64,000 nucleotides of DNA from an uncultured Spirochaetota bacterium (GTDB lineage: Bacteria; Spirochaetota; Brevinematia; Brevinematales; JAOACQ01), in NCBI GenBank assembly GCA_963835575.1, contig CAWIGG010000002.1, positions 640,001 through 704,000 on the forward strand. Reading direction: 5' to 3'. The translations under genes and the position numbers were made by a program. The notes below the pieces were generated by a model that saw only the letters and a list, made by a program, of their open reading frames with translations, was not told where the DNA came from and ran no database searches. Positions 1 through 9,407 of the stretch are shown piece after piece. Positions within the stretch are counted from its first letter, which is position 1. Every line of letters starts with the position of its first letter.

Positions 1-2
1 AC

Positions 3-890
3 CTTTATGAATACGGCAATAATACGATTGTTCAGGTGGCTTCGGGAAGGTTCGGAGTGCATGAGGAATACCTGAAAACCGGAGCGGCCATTGAAATAAA
101 AATCGGCCAGGGCGCGAAGCCCGGCATCGGCGGGCATCTGGCCGGTGAAAAGGTGCTGGAAGATGTGGCTAAAACAAGAATGATCCCGATCGGGAGCGAC
201 GCGATTTCGCCCGCCCCGCATCATGATATATACTCCATTGAAGATCTGCGTCAGCTGATCTATGCTTTAAAGGAAGCGACCCGGTATGAGAAGCCTGTGA
301 GCGTCAAAGTATCGGCCGTTCATAACATCGCGGCCATTGCTTCAGGTATTGCCCGAGCCGGAGCGGATATCATCGTTGTGGACGGCTACCGCGGAGGTAC
401 CGGCGCTACGCCTACGATCATCCGCGACCATACCGGCATTCCTATTGAACCGGCCATAGCCGTTGTTGATGAAAGGCTGAGGGAAGAAGGGATCAGGGAA
501 AATGTCGGGCTGATCGCCGCCGGAGGAATCAGGAGCGCTTCTGATGCGCTCAAAGCCATTGCGCTTGGAGCTGACGCTGTTTATATAGCGACAGCCGCTT
601 TAATGGCGGTTGGATGCACCCTCTGCCAGCAGTGCCATACAGGCCGCTGCGCCTGGGGTATTACGACTAACGATCCATATCTGGCTAAAAGGCAGAACCC
701 CAATATCGCGGCCGAACAGGTTTCAAACCTGCTCAGGGCCTGGGAAATAGAGATGAAGGAAGTCCTCGGGAGCATGGGGCTGAACGCCATAGAAAGCCTC
801 AGGGGCAATAAAGAGCGCTTGAGGGCGGTCGGTATGACGGAAAGCGAAATGCAGGTGCTGGGCTTGAAGCAAGCCGGCCTTGGAATGTAG
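3..890 (+). CDS. Glutamate synthase FMN-binding subunit (archaeal-type GltB2), 5'-truncated by window edge
   Basis: Frame open from base 3; motifs QVASGRFGV, EIKIGQGAKPGIGG, SPAPHHDIYSIEDL, DGYRGGTGA and CTLCQQCHTGRC (3Fe-4S). Confidence 0.93.
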   Translation, partial: LYEYGNNTIVQVASGRFGVHEEYLKTGAAIEIKIGQGAKPGIGGHLAGEKVLEDVAKTRMIPIGSDAISPAPHHDIYSIEDLRQLIYALKEATRYEKPVSVKVSAVHNIAAIASGIARAGADIIVVDGYRGGTGATPTIIRDHTGIPIEPAIAVVDERLREEGIRENVGLIAAGGIRSASDALKAIALGADAVYIATAALMAVGCTLCQQCHTGRCAWGITTNDPYLAKRQNPNIAAEQVSNLLRAWEIEMKEVLGSMGLNAIESLRGNKERLRAVGMTESEMQVLGLKQAGLGM

Positions 891-899
891 GAGGTGCGT

Positions 900-1430
900 G
901 TGAAAAGAGTTTATCCTGTAGAGCAATACTGCATCGCATGCCATCTCTGCGAAGTGGCCTGCGTTGTCGAGCACTCAAAGTCAAAGAATATATTTTATGC
1001 CTTTTCGGAAAAACCGAAGGTGAATTCAAAAATAGAAGTCGAGATGAGCGGACCTCTTTCCTTTTCGGCAAGCTGCAGGATCTGCGTAAATGCCGAATGC
1101 GTGGAAGCCTGCCCGGTGGCGGCCATGTGGCGGGATGATGAAACCGGACTGGTTAAAGTTATCGATGAAAGATGCATCGGATGCTGGATGTGCATTATGG
1201 CCTGTCCGCAGGGTTCGATCACGACGCGCGTGGATGAAGACGTGAAACTGCGCCTGGCGGACAAGTGCGACCTGTGCGAGGGCAGGGCATTGGGACCGGC
1301 CTGCGTCCAGGCATGTCCGAACGACGCGCTTCTTTTTGAAGACAGGGATGAAAAAACAAAGGACGAGAAGCCGATGAAAGGTTCGGCTCATACCTTAATG
1401 GAAAGTGAAGACATGGCGTTGGAAGATTAA
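900..1430 (+). CDS. 4Fe-4S dicluster ferredoxin-like protein (DmsB/CooF-like)
   Basis: Four Cys clusters (CIACHLCEVAC, CRICVNAECVEAC, CIGCWMCIMAC, CDLC..CVQAC); GGAGG before GTG at 900. Confidence 0.9.
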   Translation: MKRVYPVEQYCIACHLCEVACVVEHSKSKNIFYAFSEKPKVNSKIEVEMSGPLSFSASCRICVNAECVEACPVAAMWRDDETGLVKVIDERCIGCWMCIMACPQGSITTRVDEDVKLRLADKCDLCEGRALGPACVQACPNDALLFEDRDEKTKDEKPMKGSAHTLMESEDMALED

Positions 1431-1443
1431 CGGAGGAAGTTGA

Positions 1444-2733
1444 ATGAAAGCCAAATATGTGAGCATTGGTTATTCCGCTGGCGCGATCGGGATGGTGGAA
1501 GTGATCAGAAAGTACGATAAAAAGAGTAAAATATTAGCTATAACAAAAGAAAAGTTTACTGCTTACGGCCGCCCGGCCATTGTCGATTACGCCATGGGCA
1601 GGATTAATGATGACGGCATTGCATATAAAGGGCTCGGATATTCCAAATTCCGCAATGTCGATACGGTCCTGGGCAAGGAAGCCGTGAAAGTGGATGCCAA
1701 AGCGCATACAGTCGAGCTTTCCGACGGCCAGGTTGTCGAATATGAAAAGCTTCTTTTAAATATAGGCGGCAAACCCATCAGCCCGCCGATACCCGGCAAG
1801 GAATTAAAGGGGGTGATGTACTTCTTTAACCTGGAAGACGCTAAGGAAATGAGAAAAGCAGTCGTCGATAAAGGGGCAAAAAGGGCCGTTGTCATCGGCG
1901 GCGGGCTTATCGGTTTGAAAGCGACCGAAGCCCTGGCGCATCTCGGGGTAAAGGTGACTATAGTTGAACTGGCCCCTGCCATCCTGACCAGGGGTCTTGA
2001 TCCGGCCGGATCGGAACTGATGACGCAGAAAATGAAGGAATGCGATGTTGAGATTTTCACCGGGACCGAGGTTTCAGAGATCATCGGTGATAAATCCGTT
2101 AAAAAAGTCAGGCTCAAAACCGGGCATGAAATCGAAACCGACCTTGTTTTTATATCGATCGGCGTTACTCCGGATACGCGCCTTGCCGAGGAGAGCGGTG
2201 TCAAGGCGAACAGGGGAATAGAAGTCGACCGCCATATGCAGACAAACCTTAAGGATATCTATTCAGCCGGCGATGCGGCAAAAGGCTATAATTTCCTCAC
2301 TAAAGAAAACATGGTCATCGCGATATGGCCTGTGGCCCGGAAAATGGGTTATAATGCCGGTATGAATATGATGGGAATGGATAATGAATACGATGGTTCG
2401 ATACCGATGAACTCGCTCTTTTTTGATGATCTCTATACGATTTCCTTCGGCGAGACCAATCCGCAGAACCCGCAGGATTATGAAATTCTTGAGAAAAGAT
2501 ATGACAGTAAGACATACCGGAAAATAATCATTAAAGATTATCTCATTGTCGGCGCTGTTTTCGTAAATGATATTTCCCGTTCGGGAATCATAAAAGGAAT
2601 GATTTATGAAAAAATCCCGGTGACGGCGATCAAAGATCAATTGCTGAAAAAGGATTTTTCATTCATCGACCTGCCGAAAAAGTACAGGGATATTACTTAT
2701 ACGACGCCTTTTAAAGACCTTATTGCCAGATAA
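1444..2733 (+). CDS. FAD/NAD(P)-dependent oxidoreductase (NirB/rubredoxin reductase-like), probable electron input to glutamate synthase
   Basis: VVIGGGLIG NAD-binding motif, TNLKDIYSAGD FAD motif; operon context. Confidence 0.88.
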   Translation: MKAKYVSIGYSAGAIGMVEVIRKYDKKSKILAITKEKFTAYGRPAIVDYAMGRINDDGIAYKGLGYSKFRNVDTVLGKEAVKVDAKAHTVELSDGQVVEYEKLLLNIGGKPISPPIPGKELKGVMYFFNLEDAKEMRKAVVDKGAKRAVVIGGGLIGLKATEALAHLGVKVTIVELAPAILTRGLDPAGSELMTQKMKECDVEIFTGTEVSEIIGDKSVKKVRLKTGHEIETDLVFISIGVTPDTRLAEESGVKANRGIEVDRHMQTNLKDIYSAGDAAKGYNFLTKENMVIAIWPVARKMGYNAGMNMMGMDNEYDGSIPMNSLFFDDLYTISFGETNPQNPQDYEILEKRYDSKTYRKIIIKDYLIVGAVFVNDISRSGIIKGMIYEKIPVTAIKDQLLKKDFSFIDLPKKYRDITYTTPFKDLIAR

Positions 2734-2737
2734 AAAA

Positions 2738-2769
2738 AAGGGCAGATACCTTCAAAGATATCTGTCCTT
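2738..2769. terminator. Hairpin terminator between convergent genes
   Basis: AAGGGCAGATA / TATCTGTCCTT inverted repeat with adjacent A-tract. Confidence 0.7.
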
Positions 2770-2781
2770 ATAAGACTTATT

Positions 2782-3294
2782 CTATTGCTTCTTTTCTATA
2801 AACTTATTCAAAGCGTCAACCAGGTCCTGCAGCTCATCGCCTTTCCTCAGGCGGAAGCGGAGAGTCTTATAATCAATCTTGCCTGAGGTCGCTTCTTCAA
2901 GGGTTCTTTTTATTCTGTATACAGGTCCGGCCATCTTATGCGAAATGAAAAGACCGAAGATGGCTATCATGACTATGAAAAGAATGCTCATGGTAACCAG
3001 CGGCTTCCAATAGAGCTGGAAAATGTTTTTTGATTTATTCATGTCAAAATACTTGTAGAGAACAGACATGTCTTTTGCCGTGTCCCTGTCGGATTGTAAT
3101 TTGATTGCCTGTAATTTTACAGGATCGGTTGTATACTGAAAATAGAGGCCTTTATTGAACCTGTAATAATTAACAACACCGAGGGCCATGAGAAAGAGGC
3201 CTAAACTGATTAGAATAAGCAGGGAAAAACGTCCAATAAACCGGATCTGAAAGGGTTTATCAATAAAATAACGCCATCTGAACTTTTTATTCAC
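2782..3294 (-). CDS. Two-TM membrane protein with C-terminal HAMP-like segment
   Basis: Two hydrophobic helices, then SHKMAGPVYRI...LRKGDELQDLVDALN; GGAGG RBS. Confidence 0.75.
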   Translation of the reverse strand: MNKKFRWRYFIDKPFQIRFIGRFSLLILISLGLFLMALGVVNYYRFNKGLYFQYTTDPVKLQAIKLQSDRDTAKDMSVLYKYFDMNKSKNIFQLYWKPLVTMSILFIVMIAIFGLFISHKMAGPVYRIKRTLEEATSGKIDYKTLRFRLRKGDELQDLVDALNKFIEKKQ

Positions 3295-3546
3295 AAAAAC
3301 CTCCTTGTAACTAACAATTTTCTTCTTTTATAATGTAAAATAAAATTTAATTTTGTCAATAGAAAAAATTATTTATAAGGTTATTATCGGCCGGCGCAGT
3401 CTAAATGAAAACTGTTTTTTTATTACCGGTAAAAAATATTTTTTAACCTGAATTTTTAGTTTTTCTCCTGAATCAGGATTATTTGAATTAGAGGCGGTTC
3501 TAAAAAAAATAAAATAATAGTTTTTGGAAGTACCCTTATTATATGA

Positions 3547-3574
3547 TAAAGGCATTTCCATCATATTCCGATAA
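3547..3574 (+). promoter_or_regulatory. Candidate sigma-28-type promoter
   Basis: TAAA-N16-TCCGATAA upstream of ORF 3600. Confidence 0.4.
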
Positions 3575-3599
3575 ATAAAAGAAGAGGTATTTTATAAAA

Positions 3600-4481
3600 A
3601 TGAGAATATTTGTAATTATCCTGCTGTTTTTTTTAACTGACTGCGCCGTTCAAGTCCCTCCATCAGTAAAAAAGACACCGGTGAAATTTGATTCAAATGT
3701 TTCTATTGAATTCGGGCCGTTTTTTATACCTGCTAATAACAGCCTTAATTCGATTTCAATAAATTATTTTACAAAAGATAAGCAAAAGACATCCATTTAT
3801 TTTTCAATGGTCGGGGATCTGGACTGGCTGCGTTATGATAACGAGCTTTCAAGTTATCACAAAATGATATTCAGGGACCTGGAGGAAAACGCTGTATATC
3901 AGTTCAGAATTAACAGCCGTTCAGAAAAGCTTTTATCAAAGTCATTAATAAAGACAGTTCCTTACGGAAGCGATTATCAATTCGATTTTGCCCTGTCATC
4001 GATGGATTCGCATCTGGAAATTGAAAAAAGCCCTCATTTTATGATCCTCTTATCTGAAAAGAAGGTCATCAGCGAAAAGGATTTCATTCCTTTCTATAAT
4101 GCGAATAAAAAAATTATTTCTTCGACTATCATTGTCCCGCTTTTCGATCTCAGCATCAATAAAAATCTGATTTCCCTTTCCGAGGATGGGTTTTACTGCT
4201 TGAAATATAAAAGCGCCAATATCATTCTTGTCTATAAGGATTTTAAAGATACTGATAAAATTTCAAATTATCTTTCTCAAAATATCGATGACAGGAATTA
4301 CATTGTCGCCGGGCCGCTGGACCCGGATGTGCTCCGCCGGATAGCCGAACAATACCGGACAAAAGTAGAAGCGATTTATACCATTAAAAGGGAAGATGAA
4401 GGGCTTAAGAATATCCGCAGCATAGATAAATATGAATGGATCACAATAGCCAATAAAAATAATTTTGCCTTGAAAAATTGA
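3600..4481 (+). CDS. Exported hypothetical protein; purple-acid-phosphatase-like N-terminal domain plus degenerate phosphoesterase
   Basis: Signal/lipobox-like N-terminus; HKMIFRDLEENAVYQFRI resembles the FN3-type PAP N-domain. Confidence 0.6.
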   Translation: MRIFVIILLFFLTDCAVQVPPSVKKTPVKFDSNVSIEFGPFFIPANNSLNSISINYFTKDKQKTSIYFSMVGDLDWLRYDNELSSYHKMIFRDLEENAVYQFRINSRSEKLLSKSLIKTVPYGSDYQFDFALSSMDSHLEIEKSPHFMILLSEKKVISEKDFIPFYNANKKIISSTIIVPLFDLSINKNLISLSEDGFYCLKYKSANIILVYKDFKDTDKISNYLSQNIDDRNYIVAGPLDPDVLRRIAEQYRTKVEAIYTIKREDEGLKNIRSIDKYEWITIANKNNFALKN

Positions 4482-4497
4482 GGGAAAGAGGTTGAAT

Positions 4498-4941
4498 ATG
4501 AATAAGATCCTTTTAATAAACGGTCCGAACCTGAATATGCTCGGCTTAAGAGAGCCGGACAGGTACGGTACTGTCAGCCTGGATGAAATTGTCGCGGATG
4601 TTAAGAAAAAGGCCCTGGAAGCGGGATTTGATTTAAACAGCTTTCAATCAAACAGTGAAGGCGACATCATTGGGTTCATTCAGAAAGAAGGGCAGAAAGC
4701 CGCGGGTCTTATCCTGAACGCGGGCGCTTTTACCCATACTTCCATAGCTATCCGGGACGCCATCTTGAGCGTCAGGATACCTTTTGTGGAGGTCCACCTG
4801 TCGAATATTTTCGGCAGGGAAGAATTCCGCCACCGTTCCTATTTTTCGGACATCGCCGCCGGGATTGTGGCCGGTTTCGGCGCCTTTTCTTATATACTGG
4901 GCCTCGAGGCGCTCGTTGATATTATCCGGAAAAAAAGTTAG
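4498..4941 (+). CDS. aroQ: Type II 3-dehydroquinate dehydratase
   Basis: LINGPNLNMLGLREP.YG, QSNSEG, AFTHTSIAIRDA, EVHLSNIFGREEFRH. Confidence 0.97.
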   Translation: MNKILLINGPNLNMLGLREPDRYGTVSLDEIVADVKKKALEAGFDLNSFQSNSEGDIIGFIQKEGQKAAGLILNAGAFTHTSIAIRDAILSVRIPFVEVHLSNIFGREEFRHRSYFSDIAAGIVAGFGAFSYILGLEALVDIIRKKS

Positions 4942-4982
4942 AATACCATGCGCTTTAGTGATAACTGGCAAGAGGAGCGTAA

Positions 4983-5768
4983 ATGATTAGAAAATATGCG
5001 TTTTTGTTATTTTTCTTAATTCTGACGGTATTATCATTCGGGCAGGACCTCGCGGAAGTCAAAAAGAATTATCTCCAGGGAGTGACTTCGCTGGCGAATA
5101 ATGATCTAAAGAGCGCCGAAGAATCATTTAACCGGGTCATTTCCGCCCATGCCGCAAAAAATAAAACATTCGATCCTTATATAGCGAAGTCCTATTATTT
5201 TCTGGGAGATATTTCTTTCATCAGGCAGGATTATGATAAGGCTGTTGATAATTATAAGCTGGTCGCCCGTCTTTATTACCAGGAAGATATTTATTCAAAA
5301 AGCCTGTATAAACTGGGCAGGACGCTTGTTATGGCGGGGCGCTATAGTGAAGGCATCGCTGTTCTTGAAGATTATATCGCGCAATATCAAAATAAGGATT
5401 TCCTGGAAGACCACAGCTATTACTGGATGGGCAGGGCCTGCGCGAAAAAGAATGATTATATCAGAGCGCTTTCTATTTATCAGTTTGTACTGGATAAATA
5501 CCCTTCGAGCGCCCTTTCATTTGAGCTGAGGAATTCAATTTCAACCCTGCAGGGTATTCTAGAAGAGCAGAACTCTCAGAGGAGCATGCAGGAAGAAAAA
5601 TCAACCGGCCTTCTGGATTTAAAACAAAAAAATGAATTGCTGGTAAAAGAAAAGAATATTCTGGAACAGATGTCCAGGCTCCTCCAGATCAAGCAGAGGC
5701 TCCTGGAAATAAAAGCGATAAAAGTTGAGGCTCTCGCGCGTTTAAAAGAACAAAACGAGGTGCAGTAA
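4983..5768 (+). CDS. Exported tetratricopeptide-repeat protein with C-terminal coiled coil
   Basis: Signal peptide; TPR motifs SYYFLGD, SLYKLGR, SYYWMGR. Confidence 0.8.
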   Translation: MIRKYAFLLFFLILTVLSFGQDLAEVKKNYLQGVTSLANNDLKSAEESFNRVISAHAAKNKTFDPYIAKSYYFLGDISFIRQDYDKAVDNYKLVARLYYQEDIYSKSLYKLGRTLVMAGRYSEGIAVLEDYIAQYQNKDFLEDHSYYWMGRACAKKNDYIRALSIYQFVLDKYPSSALSFELRNSISTLQGILEEQNSQRSMQEEKSTGLLDLKQKNELLVKEKNILEQMSRLLQIKQRLLEIKAIKVEALARLKEQNEVQ

Positions 5769-7274
5769 ATGAAACTGAATATCGGGGTCCTTCTTTTTTT
5801 ATTATTGACGGCCGCCGGTTACGGCAAATGGATCGAACTTTCCAATGATTATATAAAAATAGGAGTGGATAACGACACAGGCCGTTTGACCCTGTCCACA
5901 GTTGAGGGAGACGTCAGCATTTCATTTGATAATTTTAAGGATTTACTGTATTCCAAAACCCCGCCGACTTCCTTTACGACGCTTTCAATCAACGACGAAT
6001 ATTTCATATTCGGGAGCGACAGCGGTTATTTCAAACAGAGGCCTTTTATTGAAGGTAATAAGATAATAACCGAATGGGTGGTCAGGGATATTGACGTGAT
6101 CCAGGAAGCCGGTATAACAAAAGGCGCGAGCACCGGCCTGGAAGACACCATGCTTATTTCTTATAAAATTGCGAATAAAACGGGTAGAACAATAAAAATA
6201 GGGGCCAGGATCGTTCTTGACACAGTCCTGGATGATATTGAGCCTAAAGAGTTCGGCATTCCCGGCGCCGGGAATATCAGCAAGGAAACGCTGCTTTCAC
6301 ATGACGGAATTCCCGGCTTCTGGTACGCTTTTGACGATTACAGCAATCCGATTTTACGTACGGTCGGCACTTTCAAAGGAGAGGGTGTCGTTAAACCGGA
6401 CAGGGTTATTTTCGCGGCCTGGGACCGTTTTTATGATAATAAATGGGATTTTTCAGTCGATTCCTCCAGGGATTTCAGAAGGCAGGGTACAGCCCAGATG
6501 GACAGCGCTGTTGCCCTTTTTTATGATCCGGTTGAAAAAGGGAAAGATGAAATGAGGCAGATTAACACAATGTACGGAGTTTACGGGACAAGTGTCTTCA
6601 CCGGTGATGACATGTTTGTATCCATGAGCGTCCCGATGGAACTCAAGGGGCCTCCAGTCCCTGTAGCCGTCGATTTTAATAACCATTCTAAAAACCCCCT
6701 TGACAGGCTTCAGATTGAAATTATTCCGCCGCAGGGATTTAAACTTTCACCGGATGAAACGAATATGATCAATTATGTTAAAGTGAATTCCGGCGAATCA
6801 AAAAAAATGCTCTGGAACCTGACAGGCCTGAATACGGGAGGCACATATAATGTCAGGATCAAAGCGACCGGCTGGATCAATGAAGTCAGTCAATCAATAG
6901 AAGTGGATAAGGACTTCAGCATCGTGTCGCTTAAAACGAATATAAAACAGAATATTGTTACTGAAAAACCGGTTGTCCAGGTGGAAACGCCTGTGACAAC
7001 CGTACATGAAACCCTGCCGGAAACAGTCATACAGAAGCCGAATCCGGCCCTGTCCGAACAGGAAAGAAAATTATTGATGGAAATAAATGAACTGGATGAA
7101 TTGATCAGTCAGATCAGCAAAAAATACGAGATCATGATGGGCGTATATAAAAATCTCTATACCACTAACAACAGTTATATCCTGGACGCCGACAGCGATA
7201 TCAAGAACTTCCAGTCGGCCCTTGAAGAAGAGGAAGAGAAACTTTCCGATGAAATGTCGATCCTGAGAGATTAG
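5769..7274 (+). CDS. Exported hypothetical protein (beta-sandwich domains, C-terminal coiled coil)
   Basis: 501-aa ORF with signal peptide, directly abutting the upstream gene. Confidence 0.75.
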   Translation: MKLNIGVLLFLLLTAAGYGKWIELSNDYIKIGVDNDTGRLTLSTVEGDVSISFDNFKDLLYSKTPPTSFTTLSINDEYFIFGSDSGYFKQRPFIEGNKIITEWVVRDIDVIQEAGITKGASTGLEDTMLISYKIANKTGRTIKIGARIVLDTVLDDIEPKEFGIPGAGNISKETLLSHDGIPGFWYAFDDYSNPILRTVGTFKGEGVVKPDRVIFAAWDRFYDNKWDFSVDSSRDFRRQGTAQMDSAVALFYDPVEKGKDEMRQINTMYGVYGTSVFTGDDMFVSMSVPMELKGPPVPVAVDFNNHSKNPLDRLQIEIIPPQGFKLSPDETNMINYVKVNSGESKKMLWNLTGLNTGGTYNVRIKATGWINEVSQSIEVDKDFSIVSLKTNIKQNIVTEKPVVQVETPVTTVHETLPETVIQKPNPALSEQERKLLMEINELDELISQISKKYEIMMGVYKNLYTTNNSYILDADSDIKNFQSALEEEEEKLSDEMSILRD

Positions 7275-7278
7275 GCAT

Positions 7279-8358
7279 ATGCAGAACTATACCCGGAACC
7301 GCCTGCAGAAAGTCCAGGAACAGTTAAAGGAAAAAGAAGCCCTCTTTATAAACCTCCCTGAAGAAGTTTCCTATCTGACAGGATTTACAGGAGACGATTC
7401 CTGTCTTGTTGTATTCAATCAAAAAACCTTTTTCATTACAGACGGCCGTTATGTGGAACAGTATAAACTGGAAAGCCGGATAGACGCCGGGCTTCTGGAA
7501 ATTAAACCGGATAGAAAATTGACACAAATACTGGCCGATTTAATTAAAAATAATCATATAGAAATTCTGTTTTTTTACAAAAAAGAGATCAGCTGTGATT
7601 TTATCGATAATTTAAAAACCGCGCTTGGTCCTGCCGATTTAAAAATTGAGAATTCATTGATTTTGAAAGAACTCAGGATCTGCAAGGATGAATACGAGAT
7701 TGAAATCATCCGGCAGAACCTCCTGATCACGGAGCTGGGCTTTCACATGATCATGCCATTGATTGAAAAGGGCAGGACAGAGGCCGAGATAGCCGCCGAT
7801 CTTGAGTATTACCTGAAGAAAAAGGGAGCCAAAAAAACTTCCTTCGATACGATAGTCGCCTCCGGCTTCCGGAGCGCACTGCCGCACGGCACCGCCGGCG
7901 ATAAAATGATTAATGATAATGAAATTGTCCTTTTTGACTTCGGGATAGTAAAAGACGGATACTGCTCAGACTTTACAAGGTGCTATTATTTTGGTACAAT
8001 AATCGACCCGAAAATCAGCGAGATCCATAAAGTCGTCCTGGAGGCCCTGAAAAAAGCCGAATCATTGATCGCTCCGGGTATACCGGCAAAGGAAATACAC
8101 GAAGCGGCGTCCGGCGTCATCCGGGAAGCCGGATACGGGGAGTATTTTACGCATTCCACCGGGCATGGCGTGGGACTGCAGATCCATGAGCTCCCGGGCA
8201 TCTCGCCGGGCGAGGAAAGGCTCCTCAAAGAAGGCATGGTATTTACGGTTGAACCGGGTATTTATCTGCCCGGCACCGGCGGCGTCAGGCTCGAGGACAT
8301 GGTCCTTGTGACAAAGAACGGCTGCGAGGTGCTGACGACTTCGGACTACAGTCTTTGA
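7279..8358 (+). CDS. Xaa-Pro aminopeptidase, M24B family
   Basis: YLTGFTG, TDGRY, SALPHG, DFG..YCSDFTR, HSTGHGVG, TVEPGIY, GVRLED. Confidence 0.95.
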   Translation: MQNYTRNRLQKVQEQLKEKEALFINLPEEVSYLTGFTGDDSCLVVFNQKTFFITDGRYVEQYKLESRIDAGLLEIKPDRKLTQILADLIKNNHIEILFFYKKEISCDFIDNLKTALGPADLKIENSLILKELRICKDEYEIEIIRQNLLITELGFHMIMPLIEKGRTEAEIAADLEYYLKKKGAKKTSFDTIVASGFRSALPHGTAGDKMINDNEIVLFDFGIVKDGYCSDFTRCYYFGTIIDPKISEIHKVVLEALKKAESLIAPGIPAKEIHEAASGVIREAGYGEYFTHSTGHGVGLQIHELPGISPGEERLLKEGMVFTVEPGIYLPGTGGVRLEDMVLVTKNGCEVLTTSDYSL

Positions 8359-8373
8359 CCCGGGATACGGATA

Positions 8374-8487
8374 ATCCGCTAAGCCACGCTAATGGACGCG
8401 AATCGGGATGATGGAAAAATAAGTATTAATGGAATGAAATATAATTAAGGAATTAAATATTAGCGTGTATTCGCGTGCATTCGCGGA
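8374..8487. repeat. 10-nt-periodic inverted-repeat element (left arm 8374-8403, right arm 8459-8487)
   Basis: ATCCGCTAA-GCCACGCTAA-TGGACGCGAAT versus ATTAGCGTGT-ATTCGCGTGC-ATTCGCGGA. Confidence 0.75.
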
Positions 8488-8518
8488 AGATTCCGTGTTA
8501 GTCCTTATTATTTATAAT

Positions 8519-8680
8519 GGGCAGTTCCAAAAACCTTAAGTTTTTAGGAACTGCCCCGGTTATAAAAACTTTTTGGTTAATGTAAATGACGCAACTGCTA
8601 AGTTTGCAAAGCAAACTTAGCAGTTGCATGAATCAAAACAATGTCGGCAGTTCTAAAAATATGAGTTTTTAGAACTGCCC
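8519..8680. repeat. Composite of three palindromes (A-B-A'), REP/MITE-like
   Basis: GGGCAGTTCCAAAAAC..GTTTTTAGGAACTGCCC; perfect 17-bp arms 8591-8627; GGCAGTTCTAAAAA..TTTTTAGAACTGCC. Confidence 0.85.
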
Positions 8681-8837
8681 TAATATTATTGGTAATATAA
8701 TCTCTAGTTAATCAGGTAATCCGGTTTGAAATCAGATTTAAAAAAATATCATTCAAATTTATAAAACTTGCATTGTTCAGTTACTTTATAATTTTCACAT
8801 TTCACTTTATAATTTATGCGAATTATTGGGAGGATAT

Positions 8838-9398
8838 ATGGTTTCATCAAATGATCTTAAAAAAAGCATTGTGTTAAAGATAGAGGGCGAACTCTATTCT
8901 GTACTCTGGTATCAGCATCATAAACCCGGGAAGGGAGGTGCCATTGTCAGGACAAAACTCAGAAATGTCATTAGAGACACCGTGATTGAAAAAACATTCC
9001 GCGCCGGCGAAATGCTTGAAGACGTCTTTGTCGAGAGCACCGAGGCGCAGCTCCTGTACAAGGAAGACGAACATTATATTTTTATGGATAATGAAAGTTA
9101 CGAGCAGTATTCGGTTTCCGAGAGCCTTGTCAGCGATTCGGCCAAATACTTAAAAAATGAAATGGTCTGCACGCTCTCAATTTATGAGGGAGAGGTTATC
9201 GGGGTTGAGCCGCCCATGTTTGTCGACCTGATCATAAAAGAAACTGACCCCGGTCTGCGGGGCGATACTGTCAGCGGCGGTTCCAAACCCGCAACACTGG
9301 AAACAGGCGCGGTCGTACAGGTGCCGCTTTTTGTCACCATCGGCGAAAAGGTGCGTGTGGATACAAGGGACGACCGTTATATTGAGAGGGTAAAATAG
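8838..9398 (+). CDS. efp: Translation elongation factor P
   Basis: HHKPGKGGA, PGLRGDTVSGGSKPATLETG, VDTRDDRY. Confidence 0.98.
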   Translation: MVSSNDLKKSIVLKIEGELYSVLWYQHHKPGKGGAIVRTKLRNVIRDTVIEKTFRAGEMLEDVFVESTEAQLLYKEDEHYIFMDNESYEQYSVSESLVSDSAKYLKNEMVCTLSIYEGEVIGVEPPMFVDLIIKETDPGLRGDTVSGGSKPATLETGAVVQVPLFVTIGEKVRVDTRDDRYIERVK

Positions 9399-9407
9399 GA
9401 GGGCGAT

